A stretch of DNA of 32,382 nt from Chloroflexota bacterium (GTDB lineage: Bacteria; Chloroflexota; UBA11872; VXOZ01): the NCBI GenBank assembly GCA_009839775.1, contig VXOZ01000005.1, positions 1-32,382 of the forward strand, in the 5' to 3' direction. Position 1 is the first letter of the stretch, and each line of letters starts with the position of its first letter. The notes below the pieces were generated by a model, which was given only the letters and a program-made list of their open reading frames with translations, made no database searches and was not told the DNA's origin. This document shows positions 16,912 to 24,165 of the stretch, in pieces. The translations under genes were made by a program, and so were the position numbers.

Positions 16912-18030
16912 CTAGGTATTCTGCGTTACGCCGCGTATAAGCACGGGTGCGATGGCATGAAGCTTAGTTCTCAAAGCCTCATTGAGGCGCTTACGAGTTT
17001 CAAGCACACGATGCATGGCGACAATAGATTTTTGCACTTTTATACTTGGGATGGGTAGGGATACTCGGCACATATCATCCCAGTTGAATGTCTCGCGAGC
17101 GCTCCCCCAAGAATGAAAGCGAGCATACCGATTAAACTCGGGTCTTTTCACCCATAGTAGCAGAAATTCAGGCAACAATTTTTGGCTATCTATGACTTCA
17201 AAGACAGTGTAGATACTTGAAACGATAACAATGTTAGAGTGCATGAGCGCCATTGCAATCTTATCACCACGGCGAGAAGTATCTGCTACGTAAGCAAATT
17301 GCTGGGGTCTAACTATCTTATATAGAGATAAATCAAGTTTGCCCTGCTTAGCCTTAGAATGTATAAATTCTTTTGAAGTAGAAATACCTCTAAGATCTGT
17401 GATTTCCAAATCTTGATTTCTGACATCAACCTGTCGGATGTGATCGGCTAACTTTTGTCTGGGTGTTACTTTTGCTAACTCTTCCATAAATGTATTTATG
17501 ATAGACTCCAGGCTGTCAAGGCTCTCCTCGTGGGATCTTTGCAATTGCAAAAGGGAATGATACACAGAGGAATAACACTCCTGTATTTTAGGAGTTGGGA
17601 CAGGTATTGGGATGTCACAGAAACGGCTCCATTCCAAGCTGGCACGAATACTGGAATCACATACATAGCTACAGTATCTATCAAATTCAGATCTTAGGAA
17701 GATAAGCATTAAATAAGCTGGCAGAAGCCCATCTCCTTGATTTATTGCGAATATTTTGTATGCAGGAGATACAATCGCAGGCTTCTTGCTATCATACAAA
17801 GCCACGCCAAGTCGATTATCTCTTCCGATCTGCATTAGGTTGATGAGGAATTGGTTCTTCTGTATTATCTGGTATTTAGATAGGTCAGTTTCTGATAAAT
17901 TGGCAACTGTAGGAATATATTTTTTATTAATACTTATGCCCAATACTTGAGTAATAGTACTTCCGCTGTTGCGCTCATCCACTAAAGAAATGTAGTCGCC
18001 TAGGCGTTTGTCATTCGAGCTCATATCCAA
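16912..18030 (-). CDS. hsdS: Type I restriction-modification S (specificity) subunit
   Basis: 372 aa with two variable target-recognition regions separated by helical conserved regions: a central ...YHSLLQLQRSHEESLDSLESIINTFMEEL and a C-terminal ...AMHRVLETRKRLNEALRTKL. It overlaps the hsdM stop by 20 nt. Confidence 0.88.
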   Translation of the reverse strand: MDMSSNDKRLGDYISLVDERNSGSTITQVLGISINKKYIPTVANLSETDLSKYQIIQKNQFLINLMQIGRDNRLGVALYDSKKPAIVSPAYKIFAINQGDGLLPAYLMLIFLRSEFDRYCSYVCDSSIRASLEWSRFCDIPIPVPTPKIQECYSSVYHSLLQLQRSHEESLDSLESIINTFMEELAKVTPRQKLADHIRQVDVRNQDLEITDLRGISTSKEFIHSKAKQGKLDLSLYKIVRPQQFAYVADTSRRGDKIAMALMHSNIVIVSSIYTVFEVIDSQKLLPEFLLLWVKRPEFNRYARFHSWGSARETFNWDDMCRVSLPIPSIKVQKSIVAMHRVLETRKRLNEALRTKLHAIAPVLIRGVTQNT

Positions 18031-19570
18031 GTTCTTTGAATGCCTGTATTAATTCCTTGCGCGCCGCTTGTTCAACTTTGAGTAATTCTGAGAATTCAAC
18101 TTGCATACGTCGCATCTCCTTGTCAAAATCTATGCCGGAGTCACGGTCTACAAATTCTATATACCTACTTGGTGTAAGCGAGTAATCGTTAGCTTTCACT
18201 AAATCTAAACCTGCAACATAGCAAAATTCTGGCACATCTCTGTAAGCGTGGTTCTCTTGCCAGCTGTGGTATGTAGTTGATACTTTAGTAATCTCGTCTT
18301 CTGTAAGCTGGATGTATTTCTTTTCATATTCAGACCCCCAAGTGCGTAAATCCACGAACAGGATCTTGCCAGATCTGTCCTTTAGGTTGCGAATTCTTTG
18401 TGGCGTATTGATCTGACGCTCTTTCTTGTTTTTATTGATAACCCAGAGTGTTACGCTAATATCCGTTGAATAAAATGTGTCGCGTGGCAGTGTAATAATC
18501 GCTTCAATCAGATCATTCTCTATTAGTTTTTTGCGAATATTAAGCGTGTCAGCATCGTTCAGCGCGCCATTAGCCAATAGAAAGCCTGCAACACCATTCT
18601 CGGAAAGTTTAGAGACCATATGCAGAATCCAGCCATAATTGGCATTACTGGCTGGCGGTACATCGTAACCGGACCAGCGAGGGTCATCTATCAGCTCATC
18701 TTCTCCTCGCCAAGCTTTGAGATTGAATGGAGGGTTTGCCATAATGTAATCTGCTTTGAGGTCGGGATGCTGATCTTTAGCAAAACTGTCCGCGGGCTTA
18801 TTGCCTAGGTCAGCAGAAATACCGCGAATTGCTAAGTTCATTTTTGCGAGTTTGTAGGTCGTGGCAATTTGCTCTTGGCCGTATATGGCGATATCTTTCT
18901 TATCTCCCCGATGCGCTTCTACGAACTTCACAGATTGTACAAACATGCCACCGGTTCCGCAACAGGGATCGTAGATTATACCTTTGTATGGTTCAATCAT
19001 TTCAGCGATAAGATTGACGATACATTTAGGTGTGTAGAATTCGCCTTTCATGTTCTTTTCCGCAATGGAAAATTGTTTGAGGAAATATTCATACACTCTG
19101 CCGACAATATCTTGTGATTCGTTCGCTAGGGTATCTATGTTGTTATTGATCTCATCTAGCAGGGAAGCAAGCTTGCTAATTTCCAAGTTAAGCCGAGAAA
19201 AATAATTATCTGGCAGAGCTCCTCTGAGTGATGAATTAGATTTCTCTATGTTGTGTAATGCAGTGTCAATCTTTGCGGCAATGTCTGTCTGTTTGGCGTT
19301 TTGCATAATGTATTGCCATCTGCATTCAGGCTCCAAATAGAAGACATTGTCCTTAGTATAAAATTCTACTCTGTCGAGGTATTGTTCCTTGCCTTCAGCA
19401 GCAAGCCTTCTGCGCTGCCTCTCGAATGTGTCACTGGCGTACTTTAAGAAAATAAGACTCAGCACAACGTGCTTGTATTCGCCCGGCTCTATGCTGCCGC
19501 GAAGTTTATTTGCTGCTTCCCACAGAGTTTCTTCAATACCTTTTTGCTTCTTGGAAGTTTGTTTCGCCAT
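18011..19570 (-). CDS. hsdM: Type I restriction-modification M subunit (N6-adenine DNA methyltransferase)
   Basis: N-terminal HsdM helical domain (LWEAANKLRGSIEPGEYKHVVLSLIFLKY), SAM motif IYDPCCGTGGMF and catalytic NPPF (MANPPFNL). The track start at 19579 is a GTG; I prefer the ATG at 19570 (MAKQTSKK...). Confidence 0.92.
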   Translation of the reverse strand: MAKQTSKKQKGIEETLWEAANKLRGSIEPGEYKHVVLSLIFLKYASDTFERQRRRLAAEGKEQYLDRVEFYTKDNVFYLEPECRWQYIMQNAKQTDIAAKIDTALHNIEKSNSSLRGALPDNYFSRLNLEISKLASLLDEINNNIDTLANESQDIVGRVYEYFLKQFSIAEKNMKGEFYTPKCIVNLIAEMIEPYKGIIYDPCCGTGGMFVQSVKFVEAHRGDKKDIAIYGQEQIATTYKLAKMNLAIRGISADLGNKPADSFAKDQHPDLKADYIMANPPFNLKAWRGEDELIDDPRWSGYDVPPASNANYGWILHMVSKLSENGVAGFLLANGALNDADTLNIRKKLIENDLIEAIITLPRDTFYSTDISVTLWVINKNKKERQINTPQRIRNLKDRSGKILFVDLRTWGSEYEKKYIQLTEDEITKVSTTYHSWQENHAYRDVPEFCYVAGLDLVKANDYSLTPSRYIEFVDRDSGIDFDKEMRRMQVEFSELLKVEQAARKELIQAFKELGYELE

Positions 19571-19697
19571 GCCTAACACATTATATCTTTTAATCAGTGA
19601 AACTAGAAGCCTGACAGCAAGGTATACGGGCAGTTTCTGTTACTATAACCTCAAAGCTTTCGAGCTGGCGCTCCAAGGATTCTAATGCCAAAAAGAT

Positions 19698-19729
19698 GGG
19701 GCTGCACCCAGACTTTACGTTACCTGCCA
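19698..19729. repeat. Repeat R1 (diverged copy of the 31-bp hairpin repeat)
   Basis: GGGGCTGCACCCAGACTTTACGTTACCTGCCA matches R3 at about 24-25 of 31 positions. Weaker similarity extends about 20-25 bp upstream, from 19678. Confidence 0.6.
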
Positions 19730-19838
19730 TAATTGGGAATTGCGCTTCTCGGGGTGCTAGGGCAACATTTGGGGTTATTAGACTTGGGCATCCGGATTGT
19801 GATACACTCTGGCTAATCGAGTTTGGGTAGGTGTGCGT

Positions 19839-20090
19839 ATGAAGAATGAAGGTTCAGAGATGAAACAAATCGAAGGGATAGGATGCCTTGATTGCAGCCG
19901 CACCAATTACGCCGTCAAGGCTATGTTCGAGGGGTCTCGTGAAGGGAATTACTATGTGACTTTGTTTTTGGAGTGCAAAGATTGTGAAAGAATAAACAAA
20001 GTTCTCTTCTCGGATTCCGAGGATATTCTGCAGGAGTGGCAGGATATCTTCACAACAGCAAATAGAATACTCGAGATACCTGAAGGTTAG
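19839..20090 (+). CDS. Small zinc-ribbon-like hypothetical protein
   Basis: Two CxxC pairs (CLDC ... CKDC) about 26 residues apart. The start is uncertain: GTG 19833, ATG 19839 or ATG 19860. Confidence 0.5.
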   Translation: MKNEGSEMKQIEGIGCLDCSRTNYAVKAMFEGSREGNYYVTLFLECKDCERINKVLFSDSEDILQEWQDIFTTANRILEIPEG

Positions 20091-20129
20091 CAGCCCCCTA
20101 CCTTTGCCTTTGGTGTTACGTAGTATATA

Positions 20130-20148
20130 CCCCCCCCCCGGGGGGGGG
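20130..20148. repeat. C10-G9 homopolymer palindrome
   Basis: The sequence is TATAC CCCCCCCCCC GGGGGGGGG TATT: ten C (20130-20139) directly followed by nine G (20140-20148). It ends 2 nt before the -35 box of the TA-1 promoter. Confidence 0.9.
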
Positions 20149-20150
20149 TA

Positions 20151-20179
20151 TTGACTGGAGTGCACACAAGGTGTATAAT
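20151..20179 (+). promoter_or_regulatory. Near-consensus sigma70 promoter of toxin-antitoxin operon 1 (leaderless)
   Basis: TTGACT (20151-20156), an exactly 17-nt spacer and TATAAT (20174-20179). Only 7 nt (TCGTAAC) separate the -10 box from the ATG at 20187. Confidence 0.75.
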
Positions 20180-20186
20180 TCGTAAC

Positions 20187-20480
20187 ATGAATAAAGTAGT
20201 TGTGAATATCAAGGTCGATCAGGAGACCAAGAAAGCAGCTCAGGCATTGGCTAACGATCTGGGTCTGACTCTTAGCGGCCTTGTCAATGCTCAGTTGAAG
20301 CAGTTAGTCAGGCAGCAGCAGCTGGTATTGTACGCCACTTATCCTGAGCAGCCCATGAGTCCTAAATTAGAGGCTGAGCTGGATCAAGTCTATGGAGAGA
20401 TCGAGCGTGGAGATGTCAGCCAGCCTCACGCCAGTCTGGACAGTTTTCTCGATGATTTAAACCAGCTTCCAAGCGAATGA
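20187..20480 (+). CDS. Type II antitoxin, DinJ/RelB (ribbon-helix-helix) family, copy 1
   Basis: MNKVVVNIKVDQETKKAAQALANDLGLTLSGLVNAQLKQLV is a DinJ/RelB-type N-terminus and is a paralogue of 22585..22869. Its stop overlaps the toxin start (ATGA). I prefer the internal ATG over the track start at 20151, which lies in the promoter. Confidence 0.8.
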   Translation: MNKVVVNIKVDQETKKAAQALANDLGLTLSGLVNAQLKQLVRQQQLVLYATYPEQPMSPKLEAELDQVYGEIERGDVSQPHASLDSFLDDLNQLPSE

Positions 20481-20740
20481 TTGTCCGTTACAGCAAAAGA
20501 TTCCAAAAACAATTCCATTCACGATTATCCCCCAAAATGAGGCAGCAGTTCGGGCGACGACTGGAGCTGTTTTTAGCTAATCCGCGACATTCTCGACTGA
20601 ACGTCCATTCCTTGTCCGGGAAGTATGCCGGTTGCTGGAGCATGAATGTGAGCGGTGATGTCAGAGCGATCTTCGAGTATCAGGGCAGCCAAGCGGTAAT
20701 ACTGTTTTTAGTGATCGGCACGCACGCTCAGCTTTATTAA
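20477..20740 (+). CDS. Type II toxin, YafQ/RelE (ParE/RelE superfamily) mRNA interferase, copy 1
   Basis: 87 aa. The pattern ...HSLSGKYAGCWSMNVSGDVRAIFEY...VIGTHAQLY resembles the YafQ/RelE C-terminus (L.G...G......D.R.I....GTH..L). It is translationally coupled to the antitoxin. Confidence 0.8.
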   Translation: MIVRYSKRFQKQFHSRLSPKMRQQFGRRLELFLANPRHSRLNVHSLSGKYAGCWSMNVSGDVRAIFEYQGSQAVILFLVIGTHAQLY

Positions 20741-20819
20741 ACCCCAGTATCTAGGCATAGATCACAGGAAATCTGCCCAGTATCATCTTCAATAACGTCG
20801 AATCCCTTGATCCGCCGCT

Positions 20820-21120
20820 CTAAATCCTGAAACGCCAACGGGACAGGGTTGCACCCAAGCTTTGTCTGGCCTGCCAAGTATCGAGAAACCGCTTAATTCG
20901 ATTCGTATAGTTTTTATTTGATTTTTCCAGGTTAAACCGCTTGGCTTTCAATTGCCTGATAAGTTTGACGCGGCCAACACCGACTGGTCGTACCAGTGAT
21001 ATCTGGAACCGGCAATGTCGCCCCCGTCTGAGCATCTTCGAGCGGTTGCAGATACTTGAACCGATCGCGCTTGCGGGTAATCGCCCGCAGATAGCCGGAC
21101 TGCGACAGGATAAGGTCCAT
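20820..21120 (-). pseudogene. Frameshifted, 5'-truncated gene remnant (helix-hairpin-helix-like; identity unknown)
   Basis: Two overlapping minus-strand ORFs in different frames (20932..21120 and 20820..21035) read through as MDLILSQSGYLRAITRKRDRFKYLQPLEDAQTGATLPVPDIT / PVGVGRVKLIRQLKAKRF.... The GVG-containing segment resembles an HhH motif. There is no promoter or RBS. Confidence 0.4.
20846..20876. repeat. Repeat R2 (31-bp hairpin repeat)
   Basis: GGGTTGCACCCAAGCTTTGTCTGGCCTGCCA is identical to R3 at 28 of 31 positions. It lies inside the 3' end of the minus-strand gene remnant. Confidence 0.8.
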
Positions 21121-21226
21121 CAGTAAAATGCCAGGGTTGATTAAGCTCTCAATTATTTGGTTTTAGTAATTGAAACAGGTGTAAGCTTTTTGATACAATA
21201 GCCGCAATGTTTGCCAAGGAGTTTTT

Positions 21227-22291
21227 ATGGGGTTTGTGTCGGGTTTGAAGGGTGTTTTAAAAAGTCGGGTCGGTCGGCGAATTATAATTTTTTCTTTGTT
21301 ACTGGTGGCGTTGTTCAGCTTTTTCCCAATCGCCAACGCCCAGGCCTCAGCCGGCAACAGTTTCACTTTGGAAGAAATCGATCCCCAGCCGGACAACGAC
21401 AACCACACCCGATGGCAGTACCGGGTGGTAGCCCAGACAGCTCCGGGCGGTTTCAGCCGCTGGCAAGACAGCCCCTGGTACTGGCGCCACCGTGCCAGCG
21501 ACGAGTGTGATAACACCGGCTCCCTGTTCCGGGTCGACCCCAACTCTCCGGACACCGAGGTCTCAGCCGATGGCGGTACGGTGACAGTGAACGTCTACGC
21601 GAGAGCTAACAGCGTCTGGGTTTGTTTTGCCTTGCGTTGCGATGACGGCACCTACATTTACGCCAAGATGAAAAACACCCAGAAGATGCAAACGGTTGTC
21701 AGCGACTCTTGCGCACAGAGCGAACCGGAAGACGACCCCCCGAGGCGAAACAACGACAACGACGACAATGAGCCTCCCATCGAGGAACCTGAAGAAGAGG
21801 ATGAGGTTGTTGTCGACCCTCCGAACAATAATGGCAACAACCAGAACAACAACGGCAACAATTCTCCGTCGCAGCAAACCCAAACTGACGACAGTCAGAA
21901 TCAACCCCAGCAAGAGGCCGAGACCCAAACTGATACGGAGGAGAAAGATGACGAAAATCCGTCACAGCCGCCAGTTCCTCAGCCGCCGGCTGAAGAGCCA
22001 GTCCAGACGGTGACGGCGGTCGCCCAGACGCCGTCGAGCGAAGAAGCTGACGCCACACCGGGCGATGCCGACAAAGACCCGGACGCCTCCTCGCGGCAGC
22101 CAGTGCCGGCTGAAGAAGATTCAATCCGTCCGGCCTCGACCCCTAGCGAGCCGGCCGACGACGAGGATGACGGTCTGTCTTACGGTTGGATTATCGCCGG
22201 AATCGCCGCTACGGCCATCGTCATCGCTCTCTTCTTCTGGCTGCGTCGCCGAGGCAACAACCAAAACGGCAGCAACCGGGGCGATATCTAG
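21227..22291 (+). CDS. Secreted, C-terminally membrane-anchored surface protein with a long acidic/Asn/Pro/Gln low-complexity stalk
   Basis: AAGGAG lies 5 nt upstream of the ATG. The signal peptide is ...FFPIANAQA. A Cys-containing globular domain of about 130 aa is followed by a low-complexity region of about 150 aa (about 21720-22190), then a C-terminal TM helix WIIAGIAATAIVIALFFWL and RRRG. Confidence 0.8.
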   Translation: MGFVSGLKGVLKSRVGRRIIIFSLLLVALFSFFPIANAQASAGNSFTLEEIDPQPDNDNHTRWQYRVVAQTAPGGFSRWQDSPWYWRHRASDECDNTGSLFRVDPNSPDTEVSADGGTVTVNVYARANSVWVCFALRCDDGTYIYAKMKNTQKMQTVVSDSCAQSEPEDDPPRRNNDNDDNEPPIEEPEEEDEVVVDPPNNNGNNQNNNGNNSPSQQTQTDDSQNQPQQEAETQTDTEEKDDENPSQPPVPQPPAEEPVQTVTAVAQTPSSEEADATPGDADKDPDASSRQPVPAEEDSIRPASTPSEPADDEDDGLSYGWIIAGIAATAIVIALFFWLRRRGNNQNGSNRGDI

Positions 22292-22504
22292 GCGCCCCGA
22301 AATCCACTGGTTGGCCTGGTGCTGCAAGATCAAGATTCGCGTCCCTGCCTAGCTCACATACCGGGGAGCCAAAGAGGCTCCCTGTCAGAAGTCCATTTAT
22401 CAGACTTGGAGGACGAAGATTATTGGCAGATCATGCGGGAGGCTCGCGAACGGATCAACTGAAAATGCCGTTCCGTTCCAGATTTTGGAGTGCCGACTAA
22501 AATG

Positions 22505-22535
22505 GGGTTGCACCCAGACTTTGTCTGGCCTGCCG
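22505..22535. repeat. Repeat R3 (31-bp hairpin repeat, best-preserved copy)
   Basis: The sequence is GGGTTGCACCCAGACTTTGTCTGGCCTGCCG. It contains the perfect hairpin CCAGAC-TTT-GTCTGG and a smaller GGGT-TGC-ACCC hairpin. It sits about 50 bp upstream of TA operon 2. Confidence 0.8.
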
Positions 22536-22584
22536 CATAGTCAGTTTGCAAATGTCTAATACTTAATATACACTGAGTATTGAT

Positions 22585-22869
22585 ATGGCTAATACAGTTA
22601 TTACTATCAAGATTGATCATGAGACCAAAAAGGCGGCCAAAGAGCTGGCGGCCGATGCCGGTCTGACTTTGAGCGGCTTGGTCAATAGTTATTTGAAACA
22701 GGTGACAGCTACCAGGCATATTGACCTACGCATACCACAGAAAATGACACCTAAAATGGAAGAATTGTTGGATGAAGCTGAAAAAGATATAGCTGCAGGG
22801 AAGGTTATCGGTCCTTTCAATGATGCCGACGAGGCTATTAAAGCCCTCAAGGCAGAGAAAGCAGACTGA
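22585..22869 (+). CDS. Type II antitoxin, DinJ/RelB family, copy 2
   Basis: MANTVITIKIDHETKKAAKELAADAGLTLSGLVNSYLKQV is clearly homologous to 20187..20480. Confidence 0.8.
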   Translation: MANTVITIKIDHETKKAAKELAADAGLTLSGLVNSYLKQVTATRHIDLRIPQKMTPKMEELLDEAEKDIAAGKVIGPFNDADEAIKALKAEKAD

Positions 22870-22877
22870 CGAGCGGC

Positions 22878-23135
22878 ATGGATGTCTCGTTCGCCAGTAG
22901 ATTCATCAAGCAGTTCAATAAACTACCGGACAAAAGCCAGCAACGGTTTAACAGCCGCCTGAAGCTTTTCATGAGCGACCAGCACCATGTTCTTTTACGC
23001 CGGCATGCGCTCAAGGGCAAATACGCCGGCTACTACAGCATCGATATCTCAGGTGACCTAAGGGCAGTTTTCAGGTATAACTCGAGGGGCTCCGTTATTT
23101 TCTCGTTGATCGGCACTCATTCTCAACTGTATTAG
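22878..23135 (+). CDS. Type II toxin, YafQ/RelE family, copy 2
   Basis: 85 aa. ...HALKGKYAGYYSIDISGDLRAVFRY...LIGTHSQLY is homologous to 20477..20740. It starts 8 nt after the antitoxin stop. Confidence 0.8.
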   Translation: MDVSFASRFIKQFNKLPDKSQQRFNSRLKLFMSDQHHVLLRRHALKGKYAGYYSIDISGDLRAVFRYNSRGSVIFSLIGTHSQLY

Positions 23136-23230
23136 ACAGATTCGATAAACATACTATACTGCTGCATTACGGATTGCAGGCCGAAGCGCGCCTTGCCTGA
23201 ATCATCAAATGACATGGTAAACTTAAAGGG

Positions 23231-24076
23231 ATGATTTCAAAGATGGCGACTAAAAAGATTCTGTTCGTAAGCCTCTTCGTTCTGCTTGCGCTAATCATTA
23301 TGGTGTTTGTTGTCAGTATGATGGTTAGGGATGAAACCGGTCAAGAAGAGACTGCCGGTCAGAGCGAAGGCGACAGTTCGCCGAGCGGAGCACGCGAATA
23401 TTCCAGGGAAGAGCTGGAGGATATTTTGGCGAGCTCTGAGCCTACTTCTTCAGAAAAACGGATCGACATAAATAAATTTTGCTCGCAGAACTCAGATGAG
23501 TGTCTAGCTTTAGTCGGCTATCCGCGCAGTGAGTTGTTGGGGCCGCGTGCCGACAAACTGGAGGCAGAGGGAGATTTTTGCGGAGAGTATCGGTTTAGTT
23601 TTGGCGGGGGGCCGATCGGGGAGCATCAGTACAGGATATGCGGAGACGAGCAGGCGTACGAACGCTGGCAGGCATTTGCGGCGGACATTGAAGAACTTGA
23701 CTCTCAGCTGGATGCCGAATTTCCCTCTACTAGCGGCAAAGCCGCTTGGCAGGCTTATTTAGACGCTTACGATGCGTTGGTGTTAGAGATGGACAAGGAA
23801 TACCCAGGCATCAAGGACGTGGACTGGGATAATTTGAAAGACGGGGAATGGGAGCGTTTCATGAACTACGAAGAAGAATTTGAGGCCAAGCACGAAGAGA
23901 TAAGATACCAACACGGCTTAGTAAGTAAGCTGGGGCAACTTGAAATCGACCCTGCTAAAGAGGAAATATTGATAAAAAGAGCTGAAGCGGGTCAAGAACG
24001 GTTTTGGGAGCTATGGGTTAAACATAGGGTTACATATTCTGTCTCCCATGGAATTGCAATTTATTTCGTAAAGTAA
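23231..24076 (+). CDS. Hypothetical N-terminally membrane-anchored protein (281 aa)
   Basis: An N-terminal TM helix (ILFVSLFVLLALIIMVFVVSMMV) is followed by an acidic linker and a Trp/Glu-rich soluble domain. No recognisable family. Confidence 0.6.
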   Translation: MISKMATKKILFVSLFVLLALIIMVFVVSMMVRDETGQEETAGQSEGDSSPSGAREYSREELEDILASSEPTSSEKRIDINKFCSQNSDECLALVGYPRSELLGPRADKLEAEGDFCGEYRFSFGGGPIGEHQYRICGDEQAYERWQAFAADIEELDSQLDAEFPSTSGKAAWQAYLDAYDALVLEMDKEYPGIKDVDWDNLKDGEWERFMNYEEEFEAKHEEIRYQHGLVSKLGQLEIDPAKEEILIKRAEAGQERFWELWVKHRVTYSVSHGIAIYFVK

Positions 24077-24165
24077 ATCTCTACTTGCTTAAGCGCCCAC
24101 AGTTTGGTGGACGCGCCCGTAACCCCGTATATTGCTTTCCTGCCTAGGTTGCCATACCGTAATAA

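Larger units (their letters stand above)
11061..19729. other. AT-rich genomic (defence) island adjacent to tRNA-Trp
   Basis: An abrupt switch, visible by eye, from GC-rich backbone to AT-rich sequence starts at the tRNA-Trp 3' end. The cargo is the PHP-ABC ATPase plus hsdMSR. The right edge is placed at repeat R1 (19698-19729). No integrase or transposase ORF is seen inside. Confidence 0.7.

Noticed and set aside
21563-22352. Multiple ORFs on both strands overlapping the surface-protein gene
   Set aside because: They fall in the low-complexity stalk, where all frames stay open. Only 21227..22291 has an RBS, a signal peptide and a TM anchor.
22319-22462. Short plus-strand frame ending ...SDLEDEDYWQIMREARERIN-stop, which looks protein-like
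   Set aside because: It has no ATG or RBS (only a GTG at 22319), is under 50 aa and has no recognisable family. It may be a gene fragment but is unsupported.
23171-23199. Possible fourth, degenerate copy of the 31-bp repeat downstream of TA operon 2 (GGATTGCAGGCCGAAGCGCGCCTTGCCTG)
   Set aside because: Only the GGxTTGCA start and the CCTxGCC end match, and the central hairpin is absent. This is too weak to call without statistics.
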